Part shown: positions 49,101 to 62,642 of the stretch, in pieces | Numbering within the stretch: the first letter of the stretch is position 1 | Layout: the number at the start of each line of letters is the position of its first letter | From: Bugula neritina | Lineage: Eukaryota > Animalia > Bryozoa | Direction of reading: 5' to 3' | Length of the DNA: 64,000 nucleotides | Assembly: GCA_964035545.1 (NCBI GenBank) | Contig: OZ037773.1 | Coordinates: 5,237,751 to 5,301,750 of the forward strand | The notes under the pieces: generated by a model | Database searches by the model: none | Seen by the model: only the letters and a program-made list of their open reading frames with translations | Told to the model about the DNA's origin: nothing | Translations under genes and position numbers: made by a program

Positions 49101-52100
49101 AATCTAAAAATAGCAACACACGATACTATATTTTAACATATAATGAGCCACCAACCTTGACTAACTTCGGTACTAAGACAGGTTCTATCACTGACGATTC
49201 CAGAGGTTGTAGTTGAACTAGTTGTGCTAATTATAGAGAAGCGACTCCGGTCGGGAGTTGTCAACTCGTCGTGGGTAGTCGGACTATGAATTACAGATGA
49301 GGTAGAGACCGGAGTGCTTAATGTAGGTTTTAGTGAGGTAAGAGTGTCGGAAGAGTTCTCGTAGTCCCACTCTAGATTATTTTCGCCGCTGTAGATATAC
49401 GATTCTCTGAAACAAGTGCCATCTGCAACAAAATAGCGAGTATAAGCACCTTTTCAACAAACTAACCATGCAGAAATGCAATAATCAATTATCATTTATA
49501 TGTCATGATGATCATTTGCGATCAGTTCAAATCTCAAATTAGGATTTAAATTGCGATTGTGAATAGCAAAATATATTTAAGCTACCTCTTAAAACCACAT
49601 TGCTCAGTTAAAAGTCATCATTTTAGTTATATATACATATTGCTATTTCATGTACTGTAAAAGCAGCTTCTGAACAGTCAAATGTAAGTAATACTATAAT
49701 TTACAAAAAGCTCAAAGATCTAACTTTATAAAGCATAAATATGGTTAATACCTGTGTTTCTATTTGCATATAGGATACCTATTTGTAATTTCACTAATAT
49801 AGTTTTCTTACAACTACTGAACTTTGTAGTTCATATCGATTTAGAGATAAATAGAGAATTCCAACTACGTAAAACATATATTTCATTATCAAAATATGCT
49901 TAATGAAACAAATTTCGTAACGTATGGCGTGAGCACGTGCAGTTAAAAATACATATTTTTGAAACTTCAACCATGAAGTTTTAGCGAGTCTCTCACTATC
50001 TTGCGTATGTGTCTATTAATGACATCGAGCTCCCACCTGCCTTCATTGTTGTCAATGAGCAAAAATGCAATGCAGTTAATCAAAAACTTGACACTCCAGT
50101 AATTCAATGGGGAATAATATTACACAGTTGTTGGTATCTTCATGATTTATGAATGGTTAACAAAGCTTGTCAGTTGGTAAACGCAACAATTCTGTTTTAC
50201 AATGCTCTGTTGCACATCAATCAGTATTCTCGTTCCAGCCAAAGTTTTTAGCTTCGAGCAATTAAAATGAGGACATAGCTACATCACTTTGTGCCGATTA
50301 CTTTGAATTGTATAAATATATCGTTATATATTATATAAATTGGTGCTTGTGTAATGTTCTATTTGGAAATACTAATTGACGTGGAATTGCAGTTAAGTAG
50401 CATTCTTCACCTTGCCCTAAGCCTATTACTATTATATTATAAATAGATAAATTAGTTATGTATATAAAGCAGTTTGGAAGCCAAATGTAAAATTTCAAAT
50501 TCATTTAGATGCCAACAATCTGTCTAATTGGAACATCACTATCTGGCCAGCAGATGTGTTTAACTACCCAGTCACGTTGAAAATATGTGTCACTCTATTG
50601 CTTTAGTGGATAAATTTATATGAAAAACACTTGAAAATGGAATGTTATGCTATGTTACAACACATTGTGTCTGAAATACATACAGTGGACATGTATAAAT
50701 GACAGTCAGCACCAATTGCTGAGGATAATTAAACTTGGAATTTCTCAATTTAAAATTCAAACCAGGGCAGAGCCTCAACCTCCCACTCAATAAACTTTAC
50801 CATACTTAGTAATTCTGCACAAGGTTAATAATTAGCTTACAAATTTTTTGATAGAAGTTTATTATTTGTTCCTATGCTTTGAATAGATTCATACAGGGCG
50901 CTCTAATGGATCATAGATTTGCGGATGCGTTTTCATTCCATTGATACTGCCCCCACGCATGCATCAATGGAATAGAAACAATCCATTTGCATAAGGCAAA
51001 GCAAAGGGGCTGCAGAAACAGTATGATATGCTATTTATTTTTACACAGTTAATAAAACTAAAGACATTTTCTATCCTCCTCAGGTGTGTAGTATAAAGAT
51101 TCCCCAGTAGCCTCTGTGGTAAAATGGCCAGAGTTCTGCTTTTTGGACCAAGTGTAGGGGAGGAGGGCAATTATTTTACAAAGTGCAACACTTGGATAAC
51201 TGACCTTGTGGAAAAAAGTGGTCTGGCTGGAAGGTTCCACCTTGGTCCAAACCCAAGTATACTCTTTGGTCAGACTTTATCATTGAGCACAACTCCTTGC
51301 ACCACTCCTCAGAGCTTGTGTAGAACTCAAAGTTCTTCTGGTTCACTGATATAACTATCTTTCTTTTCTAAAGCACAATCAAACTCTGCTAAAGTAAGTA
51401 CAACATAGTAAGGGGTTCAAGAATTATTTACCAATGGCCTTTTAAAAAAAGATCCCTTTTCATGTATCTAACAGCAAATTTAGAAATTTATTTGTAGAAA
51501 CCAGGCTTAGAATACAATCCGGTTGTAGTATTTTCGTAAGTTCCATAATTTCCACCGTTGAATTCTGACATTCCAACACATCCTGCCGGCAAAAACATGA
51601 ATTCCTCACTGCCAGCATAGCGTAGCTTATAATAGAAGGCGAGTCATGCTTCATTAATCATTTGCCACAGGAATACATGCAGAGCAATGGCCAAAATTTC
51701 TTCTAAACTTGTATTCTATCATTTGACAGAGTTGTTATAAAACACTGGTAAAGCCGCGCTAAAGAATACCATGTCATTGTTTTGGTTTGGCAACTGCATG
51801 GATGTGAAAAGTGAAAGCCCGCCTTTGCAACATGCCTTCCTTTTTTTTCTATAGCACAAAAATTATAGATGCATTCTTTTGTGGCAACTTTGAATTAATT
51901 GTGGGCTTTGTGTTAACAGATTACATGTTTTGAGGTTAATGCTAATTGGTGATGTGTTATTCTGGACTCACCAATGAGTGAATGGCTGTAATCTGGGTCC
52001 AATTGCAACTGTTGAGGAAGTTGAGGTACCCTCGGCAATCAACCTACAGAAGAACACAACAGATCTCTAACCTTAATCTAGTAATAAACCTAATAGAATT

Positions 52101-55100
52101 GTACTAATGTTAAGAGAGATGCCATTACTGCGTTAAATGCCTATAATTAGCAGCATAAAAGGCAGCAGTAACTTACCACGTTCTACTGCTTTTACTAAAA
52201 GCATAACATCATACATTCTAAAATATCTACTTTAGAGTTTATCCTATCACACAGTAGTCACTAATTCAAAGTTACGGTCAAGGATGATAACCTTATTACA
52301 AGCTCGTGTTTGTAATCAGCAATCCGTTTACAAATATATCACACATATTCCCATCTGTAGTACAGCACTAAAAGTGGTAGCTAGGTGAAATTTGATAACT
52401 TGAAACTAGATAGCATTCTTGTATCATACAACTTGTACAACATGGTATGCCATTCAACAATAAAGCTAACAATGTGATGTAATAACTAGAGTTAAACATA
52501 TTGGGAGTGATGCCAAGTTAGCTTAAGATCCTACCTCGTATACTTCTACCCCTTCTTGACTGATGCCTATCCTCACATTGTTTGTGTTTCGAGACTTTGT
52601 GCTTTGCGCCTTGTAGAGCCTCATGTTGTATATGTAAGGGGAGGGGCTGGAGAGCTCGTTGATGTACATAGTCATGGCCTGACTAGGAGTCATCTGCACT
52701 GGCTTTATGGTCGGCATGTGCTTTCTTACAAACTGCGTTCCATAGCTTTTCAATATCTATACAAACAACGCAACATAGAATAGACACAACTTCTCCTTAC
52801 GATGAAACAGCTGGGTTTTTTTGAAAAATCGCATGTTTAACAAATTAATTGCACTCTTGTCAAGATTCACGATTTACTTTATTAAAAGCTGTTTCAATCA
52901 TTATTTTGAGCAAAGATTTTTACAATACTGCAATCATTAAAAGAATTGGTGGGTTAGTTTTTGTTTGAGAGCTAGGGCTATCTTTTTATCTATATTTTAA
53001 TTCCTGCATAACAGAGATAATAAAATTGAAGCAAAAGCTTCTAAGATCTATCAATATCATTGCATTAGTTGTTACAACAATAAATAAATTATAATATCCA
53101 ATTTATACTTGAATTTTAATTGTAGCATTCCTTTTAGTGCAGGAATATAAAGTATTTAAATAGCATTTCCTTTTTGTGATATTATTGTAAACTGTTGCTC
53201 ATTAGGAAATTCGCTATTTGGTAGAACTAACATAACTGCAACATCATTCATATACTTGTTGATTGATTACATCTGCCACATTTACAGTAGAATAACAATC
53301 ATCACCAACCAGCAAGTTAACTTTGAAAAGAATTTCTCTAGAAAAATGTAATATTGCACTCAAGAGTATTTAGTAATAATTTAGCAATACATTCTACCCT
53401 ATGAACAGGAAAATATCACACCAAAGCTATATTCGTTGTTACAAATCTAAAGGACTAACTAGCAATACAAAACATTTTCAACTCACTATAAGTCTGGAAT
53501 ATGTTATTTTACATAATTGCGATTAGCTCTTTGTATGTTTAATGTACGTGAAGATTCTAGTTTACTACCAGCACTTTTCATTGAAAAATATCAAGTTTAA
53601 ATTATCAGATATTTTCCAGTTGGTGCCAATAAATGGCGTGCTCTTATACTTTAAAATTTAAACTAATATATTGTTTCCTAACTTTACAGCTGCTAATAAA
53701 TAATAGAAAAATCTTTCTATTTTAGTCATATGTAGGGACATTTAACCGATGCTGAAAAAAAGAGGTGCGATGTCAACATATATTTGAACAGTTGAGAAAA
53801 AAACTAAATTTAAACTCGAATGGAAATGGAAATTTTCAAATGTTATTCCAAAATGTATCCATGTTTGCTGTGTTGGATTTCAAAGTTACAAAAGTTAAAG
53901 ATGAATTCTAAATAATTCACTCAACCGTACTGTATTTAGAGTTGCTTACCCAGGCAGGGAAATACTCTCGCGGGTCAAAATCCCTTCCAAGCACTTCGTC
54001 AGAGTGCAGCGCATAGCTGGCTAGAAGGAAGCACCTGTCATCGGGGTAGTTAAAGCCATATTTCAGAAAATTCTCTTTCAGTTGAAGAAAATAATATTTC
54101 CTATCGGACACCGACCTGTTTACAAATACAGGCAGATATGAAAAGGAAACAAGCATACATCTTTATCAAAGCCATCAACAAATGATATAAACAAGTTGAG
54201 ATCTTTTTGTTAGTTACTACCATCTTCATTAGTTTGTTATATTTTACATGCACTGATTCGCAAACAATTGCTATGAAATGAGAAATTCATTTCCAAGATA
54301 TGGGAAATTTATCGGGTTTCATAACAAATATTTGTGGTATTAAGAAATTTGTCAGAGCTTTGGTTTGCAAAGGCCTTAGACAACAGATATTTTCAAGTTT
54401 TCAAAGAGATTTCAAAGCATTTGACTAGTTTTGTCAACAAGTCGAAACCATCTAAGGTTGCTCATATACATACCACAACAAGAGTGGTAGCTGTCAAAAT
54501 CCTCAATAAATTGCAAAAACAGTCATTCTTCCTTGATGAGAAATACATGTATGACAAAACACACACAATAGTAAAATTATACATTACTAACTGATGAGTG
54601 AACATAAAGAGTATTTCTAAAAAAAAGTGTTATTCACTCCATGTTTACCTGAAGTGGTGGCCGGGCTCTACGTAATACTGAACACGAAGGTAAATGTGTG
54701 TAATGCCTTCACTAGAATCTGCTCCCTAAAATAAACATGTTTACAAAGTTTAGACTAATGCGAGCCATGTTTATACTAAGCCAGGTTGGAGTACAATACA
54801 GCCCCCCCACCTTGTCAAACAGGCTTTCAAGCAAGAATTTAAACTATGCAATTTCTATGAAGAGAAAATGATGTTTTTCTATTTACTAAAATTACTTGCA
54901 TTTCATTTGCTAAATGTTGCATAACAAACAGCCCTGGCAACTTCAAAATGTTTTTGAAAATTTGGTTTTCAGATATTTTTCCTATGTGCAGTAGAGCTTA
55001 CATTCCCTGAACTTTCCTTGAAACCCAAGGCTGTTATACGCATGTCACATTATTGAAATAATTGTAATCCACTCCTTGGTGAAAAATGAAGTATACAGAC

Positions 55101-58100
55101 ATCAAATGTTTTAGTTAACAGGCTATAAATATTTGATTACTGCGATTGGCACATGAACCGATAATATTTTAAATAGGATAGGCTCGCCATCACTGAATTC
55201 TAAAACTGCTTCAAGACTCAGAAGCATTAAGCGACTGCATGGAGTGGAAAATAAAACCTAAAGAATGTTGAATAAAGCCAGTAGCTGCATTCCTGATATC
55301 GAATGGATAGTTGACTGAGTTGATAAATGGCGGAGCAGAATGAAGACAGATGTTTAGTTTAAAGTGGCAGCAATGCTACAATGTCACTTAAATTAGCTCG
55401 TTTAGCTGTGTTTTCCAACAATAGCCTTCGGTTTGACTTAGGGTGCAGCTGTTTTTGAAAAAGGCAACTTAATCTAATATCCTAATATTTTGTCCCCTAA
55501 AACACTTGTTGAAAAACTGCTCCTTTGTATACCTAATTGAAGGATATGATCAATGTTTAACTAACAAAAGACTTATGTAAGATGCATGCAGTTATATAAA
55601 AACTGTAGGAAATGTCCCAGTTTTCCATCACCCTTTCCTGTATAAAGAGGATGCATGGTTTAGTGGTGAGCTAAACAAATGGGTAGTGCACTGAAGTAAA
55701 TATCAGTTAATAACTGTCTAGGAATGCTAGAAGCTGATGGTACAGCTATATTCTGATCATTATCTTCTGCGCAGGGTAATGAGTATAACATTACCCATTA
55801 TGTCAACAGGAACACTGTTACAGCAAATATGTTGAAAACAGATATTTTTAGCTAATGGAGAGTGCAGCTAGAGGGTCAAATACCATTCTTTGACTGTTGA
55901 AACCCGTACAAATCAAGTTCAGAACAATTAAATACAGCCATTTTATGAATATTACAATAATGTTCACAGAGATGTTAACCTCAGCGCTAGCTCTTCAATT
56001 TCTTTAGATTATAATCTTTATGGTTGAACATTATTACATTACAAATACTGCAGTTATTGTGATTCAAAAGTCTGAACTAACCACAAAGATTGACACCAGT
56101 GCTTGAGTAGTAGCTGGAACTAGAAGCACTGGCTATTAACCACTTGGGGAAGACATGTGCAACCCCACAACACAGACCTATAGCGTGGAACTTTCTAGCA
56201 AAAGATTGTATCAAAGAAGTTATCTTCCAAAACTTAGTTGACTATTCAAAGTTAGGAAAGTATGCTGTCCACCAACAGATGCATGTTTCAGAAGCTGCCC
56301 TGGAAATGAGACTAGGGTTCTTCGGACAAGTTGGGGGTGGGGTGGGGGTAAGCCTTAAGTGCAAACAGAGAAACATTCTAATGATTCTTTCCCAATTCTA
56401 AACCAATTTCAGCAAAGGCACAGGATTGTATTCCTGTGGTGATATGCTGTCATCGTGCATATAAAAAGCCTTTTAATGAGACTGTCAATACAAAAAGTAA
56501 TTGTTCTACATTTTTTCAAAACTAGTAATTTATTTTTTTAGTTTCTAATGAGTTTCAAAGAGCTGCAGATATTTAATGTTAATAGTACATTAATTTACTC
56601 AGAGATAAGCTAGTTTTCTAATATGCTATAAATTATTACAGAGGCTGCAAAACCTTTTCTTGCCTCCCCCTCCTCTCTTCTTCTATATAAAACTAAAGAA
56701 ACACACAGGGTCTAATAGCTGCTACTAGATTTTAGTCTGAATTACTATCAATAATTGCCAACTACTTCTATGCTCACAGGAAATCAAGTTTTGAAGCAGT
56801 AAATTTAACTTTGACAGATTATTCATCGGCAGAAAAATGAGAGATTTCCTACCTGATTCACCAATTTATCTTTCTTCCAAACTTTACACAGAGGGTCCAG
56901 AAATCGGAAGTCGCCATGATCTAAAATAAGGTGTAATATAAAATTTTTTCTTTCTAAATTTCTTATATTTCAAAACTTAATAGACTCATCGTCACAAACG
57001 CTGCAAGAACATAGGGATATTTCCCCAATTTTTCCTAAAGTGATACAGCTAGATTTTCAAAAGTAGAGGAATATAAACAATTTTGTTATTTTGTTTCCAC
57101 ATTAAATTTTGGCTTTTAAAAGGGATGCATAAATAATTACCAAATTGGTTTTATTTCAACAGTTAAATGCACACCCATCACCTAAGTCAAACTTCAATCA
57201 AATTCAAATATTTAGTTCACTGCTGTGCCAATAAAACGTGGTGATATCAGTTTACAGAAACCTCTAGCTGCATCATCTCATTTTATGACTACATAGTGAA
57301 AAAAAACTTGGTAATTTTGAATTTGACATGGTAAATGCCTACAGCTCTATTTTGCCTATTACCTTAATACAATTGTCACTTGAGTGTAAAGAAATTAATT
57401 AATTAATATGAATAACAAACTACAGGAGACCCTGGTCTTTCTTGTGATCGAAATATTACGTCAGACTAACCTGTCTTGTACGCCAGACCAAAGAGATTGG
57501 AAGAACTGAGTTTTAGACGTTTCCTGATATTTATTAGAATATCGCCAAATCTTGTTTTGGTCTGGAATGCAATAATTAATAAATTATAAGAGAAATTATG
57601 CACAAGAATTTACCATCTAATATAGAAATACTTGAAGCACAATGGAATTTTGTGTAATGAGATGCAGTGCAATAAATTAAAGCAATTATTTTTATAATAA
57701 GTTAACAGGCAATTAGCCTTAAAGGCTTAGTTGATGAATACATTCCTAGTTGATTTCATAGAAAAGATAATTCTCAAGCCTTCTTATGTTTCACAATAAA
57801 GTTGTTTACAAACAATGTAATCTTGGTCATGAACCTATTGTTCAGTCAACTGATTGTTAACTTCTGATTAAGCTACCAACACATCACATGACGCTTTTGT
57901 GTCAGAGGGAATCTATGTAGTTGTTGATTAGGATCATGTGCTAAAAATAATCATCAAAGACATTCTAACTGATGCTGAATGAAGCAGCTGCATTCTTTAA
58001 AATAGATGTTTACGATCTACTTTAGGGTTTGTTTTCTACAGAAAAGAACATGGCGATGACTCCTCAGGTATGCAAAAACATTTGCCGAAAATATTTCACC

Positions 58101-59301
58101 TCTTTGTTGACCTTTCAATGGTGGTTGCTCGTCTAGCAACGATTCTTTCATCTACCAGAGAAGCTCTAATTTACTCATCACAACAAAGTCGTGTTACAAG
58201 CCAAGTTTTAGTATACATTAGTCTAAGTTTTTGTTATAGTGCTGGAGCGCATAAGTGATGCTCCATAGTTTTTATTTTACTGTTGGCTAGAAAACAAAGC
58301 TATGTCATGGATAAAGCTACAGCAAAAAACTTGTAAAAACTATTAGAAAAGTTTGTAATTGCCTGCACTATGACATTTACAATAATAACAACTAGAACAA
58401 ATAGCTGAAGAAAATGAAGTTACAAAATGTATTATGTGCATGGGCAGATGATTTAAAGACATGAGGAGCTTTAATAAAATAGTATTTCAACACAAATATG
58501 CCATATGGCTTATTTCTATTGAATCTAAGGTTATTTGAGACTGCATTCCCCTGTGCAAGTCAAATTAAAGCGTCTATTTTATCATGAGTTTGCTAAATAA
58601 GGGCCATCAGATTGTTACAGCGAGTTAAAGTTGTTTTTGCATGTTGTTTTATAACTATGAGTTGTTTTTGTAACGTTCAGGCTAAAATCGTATATCAACT
58701 AGTTAGCAGCATCCAAGCCCAAAGTTAGACTATGTACTAATCACCTTCATTTAGCCTTAGGTGTAGTAGTAGAGAATGAGAATCTTAATATGCCTACACA
58801 TTATTTAAATGTCTTTGTGGATTTGAATTTTAATTTGGGGTTCGGTTTGACAATTTTGTGAGATCACAACTTTGTTGTAATGCTCATTTTTAGAACACAG
58901 GCTTTTTCAAACCTCTTCGTTATGATTATTACACCTACCTACCAGGATACTGTGAGAAGAAGTTTCAAAACTAAAACTATGAATATGCAACAATATAAGA
59001 AGTAGAAGTCAAGTTTCATATCAGTTTGAATTCCACTATAGTATTTTCAGTTATTTCAAACTGAAGCTGTAAATGAGACCTTGTTGATGATATTAAAAAT
59101 AATATCAAACTGTACGACTTGCTGATTATAATATTAATAGCAAAGTGTACAAATGATAGTACTACTCATACTATAAGTATAAGTATGATACCAAAAGTAA
59201 TACTTAGAGTTAGTAATACTCACTGTGATAGGAATAGTAAAGAGAGATTTATTGAGAAGAAGCACAGCAACTGTGCTTTGTTTCTTTCCAATTCCACTCA
59301 T
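46128..59301 (-). CDS. ex: Expanded / FRMD6-like FERM-domain Hippo-pathway protein, ~734 aa
   Basis: 11 exons: 59224-59301, 57471-57561, 56853-56920, 54649-54725, 53950-54115, 52535-52756, 51972-52043, 51205-51367, 49156-49422, 46862-47574, 46128-46415 (2205 nt, in frame). FERM motifs LFGLA, YLRVQYYVE, YYFLQLKEN, FDPREYFPAW. Post-FERM RESYIYS and SIISTTSSTTTSGIVSDR, a PPPSY (PPxY) motif and C-terminal LPMLSALCND, which I recall as Expanded-type blocks. The exon 8 donor could alternatively be at 51241. Confidence 0.85.
47604..48142. repeat. 30-bp minisatellite GTCAAGTCATTGTACTAAGTGTAAAGTTGT
   Basis: About 18 units, two of them a 31-nt variant (AATATTTATCCC); intronic, no spacers. Confidence 0.97.
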
Positions 59302-62298
59302 TTCTGCTGAAAAATCTAGCAGGCGATTTTAGTTCTCCCATTCGATATCAATCTAAAAGTGCTGAGAGTTGATCAATAATCCGGGATAGTCAGTAGAGAC
59401 GCAAATAAATGGCTACACCGTAACTTTCCACTTTGCTCTGTGAAACAGGTATGAGGTATAAACTATGTTTATTCTTCCGTGAAGTATATTTATATTGATA
59501 TTCTTTGCTTCCACAAAATGATATGAATATATCCAGCTGTAACTTTGTATAATACTAATAGTAATAGCATACGATGTTAGTGTTATGTGAGGCTTTCCAA
59601 CTATAAATGAATTAATCTATATGTCTTTAAACCATCCAATGCTTCAGACAATCTCAATATCGAAAATGTGTTTTCTACAGCCAGTACGAGTAAGTATGCA
59701 GCAACAAGGAATTAGATTGTCAGCAAGCTACTAGAAATTCTATGGAGTATTCAGTTAATATGATGCGAACGTATCTCTAACATTCAAAGAATAGATATTC
59801 AGACATGCCATATCTCTAAAAACATTAATTAATTAGTCTGTTATAAATTTAGTCAGATATTAATTTAAACTTTTTATATTGTTTTACAAACTATTTTTTT
59901 TAAATTTAAAAAGCAAGTTCAAAAATTATAGTAGGTAAAAGCAATGTCTTAAGCTATAATAAAATACAAATAGTTGACAGATCTGGCTATTGACATTCCT
60001 CGCAATCGGTGAACCAATTTGCGTTAAACCGCAGGAATGTTGGAGCTGTAAGTGAAAAAATGCTCAACACTGATTCACAAAGAGCATTGGAACAATAATA
60101 TTCTAGTAGCTGGTGGCTGGCAACGTTTGTGATGCTACAGCACATAATGCCACGCAACATCCTACCAACCACTATCAGCACTTTTTGCTCTTTTTTATCA
60201 TTATCCAGGGCGGTACATATATTTGTTTTTAGCAAAACAATAATGTAATGATGTAATCCTAAATATATGAAAAAATGCAATATAGCCAAACACTGCTGCT
60301 TTTTGCCAAATAATGTGTAGAATTTGTAAGAACTGAAGCTAATCCTGATGACATCACGTTAGTAATGACATGACATTTGTTTCCATGACAGTAAGAATAC
60401 AATATATAACATTCGAAATCATTTATTATACAAAAAACAACAATGCAATATCTTGATTTAAAAAAAACATCAATTATTTCTTAGACTTGTTTCATTGAAA
60501 CCTAGTTTAAAGTTGCTATTATATCATCTATATAATAGACCTATTATTTATTTAGAGTTTAGCTTTCTATTCACACTCTTGTAAACAAAATAAGAGATAT
60601 AGACATTAAGGTGAAGGTAGATTTTAACTCATAACTCAATGGTTACAATAAAAACTCATAGCAAAAAAGACAGACTTGTATACCCATAAAAACCTTAGTT
60701 ATAGCAACACTCACCTCCAGTGCCAAAAAGGATGCAAGCCAAATCATAAAAATTTAGCATTTTTTGTAGGCTACTTAAACTGTCTAGGTAGAGAGTTTAA
60801 TGGTCCCAATCATTGGAGATAAAAATAGGCACTCCATGCCTCTCTCTCTCTCTTCAAATATGCAACATGGAATACTTTTTATAAACAAAAACAGTTGACA
60901 CGTGAAAACTTTAGGGAGAGGAAATGAAATCGTCTTAAAGTCTATAATATGAAGGACTGGTCCTAGATTACAAAACCTTTCATACTGTAAGTGTTACATC
61001 TATGCAGCTGGTGGATCGTATGGTATTGCAATCCTTGTACTTGCAATCGTTGTTCTGGTTGGAACAAATCACACTTTTGCTAACTACTAGCTTTCTTTGT
61101 GGATGAAAAATGGCTCAGGGGTGAGATTCTGGTATGACCTCAGTAGAAATTATTGGCAGTCTTAGTTGAAAGTTGTGAGTGAGAAATTTAAATTGCAAGA
61201 TAAAAAATAACCATGGTAACAGCTACTGTAACGACATGTGTTTATTGGGCATCATCGGATGAAATGGTACATATATTATAAGACTCATATAACATTTTAT
61301 TTGATGAGTATGTAAAACTTTAAGTAAAAGAATTTCAATGCCATGATAGATGCAGCATTAGGAAAGTTTAAAAATGGCTAGCCAGTTTTTTGTGAAACAC
61401 TTTGCTCCCGGTAATAAATTCATGGCAAAATGTAAGAAGTACGCAGATAGCGCTAATATATAATTTATAATAAAAAACTATTCATTACTACAGCTAATGG
61501 TATAAAGTTTGCACCTTCATACGTATAAATAACAAAGGGGTTGAAGATCTCACGTAGCGAGTTTTTCTGCAACTAGAATCAACGTTCTTTTCCAGACTGA
61601 CATCCAGGCATTCATTTGTTCAAGGCTGTTAAGTAGGAAATGCTTTAATTTCGTCAACAAAAAAATCAAATAAACTGATCCTCTTATAAGCTTTGCATTC
61701 TCTAAGAAAGATGTTCACACATCTCGTAAAAGCTAACAAAAATATGCAAGTGTTCGTTGGAATAGTCCATTTTTTATGAAATTGTAACTGAAAAAAAGGT
61801 AGGTGCAGTAATGGAGAAATTGAAAAGGGTTTGTGTTCTGGATTAGAAATGTAGCAAAAGAAGTTGTGTTCTCGCAACAATTTCAACCTGCGCCCCAAAC
61901 CAAAGTTTATAAAGAAGTTCAAAGAATTGAGGCTATATCAATTTTACCACTATACTGCACTTAAATATGAAAAATTCCGTCACATAATTGCTTTCTATAC
62001 TCACTCTACCCTACTAAACAGTTATGTAGTAATTAGGGCATGTCAACACATTTTATTCATTTGAAAAATATGTCTTCTATGAAACGCATTGTAGGCTAAC
62101 TAACACTATGATTATCAAAGTGAGCATTGTCAACTTTCTAATCAGAAAAAAATGTTTGTGAAATTTAATGTGTGATAAACTACTGCGCTTATATTCTGAA
62201 GGATATTTTATCGCAGTGGACAAGACATGTTTGTTTTCTGTAGTGTCCAAGTAGCTACAGAATTGAAGCACCATTGATTACTTTATTCGGTAGTCTTA

Positions 62299-62642
62299 GC
62301 CTAGATCCACACTGTGCGTATTTTCGCATGCGAACATTTAAAGCCCGAGTAGCAAAGGTGTCCACTGTATGCGTTAAGAAAACATTCGCACTTGTCGCTC
62401 AGCATTCTGAACACAAGTGCGAATCGTCTTTATCGTCGTCACCTAATTGGCTGGTAGTTATTCAGCGAGCCCAATTCTCTTATTTTAGTGCTGTATTCCA
62501 GTAAATTGCGTTTTATTAAAAGCGAGTGCGATTTAAAAATGAAAGCTTTATTTATCACGCATCACTGACGCTACAGTGGACGCCTTTGCTACCTATGGTT
62601 TCAATTTTCGCACACGAAAATACGCACAGTGTGGCCCTAGGC
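62299..62642. mobile_element. PIF/Harbinger-type MITE (344 bp), second full copy in inverted orientation
   Basis: Reverse complement of 27256-27599 along its whole length; TTA/TAA flanks. Confidence 0.9.

Noticed and set aside
60714-60746. Alternative first exon for the FERM gene (MIWLASFLALE|GTGAGT, phase 0)
   Set aside because: It would drop the first FERM strands. Exon 59224-59301 fits the domain better. It cannot be excluded without transcripts.
61008-61090. Possible plus-strand terminal exon with a hydrophobic, GPI-signal-like peptide (GGSYGIAILVLAIVVLVGTNHTFANY*)
   Set aside because: No compatible upstream exons were found; likely chance.
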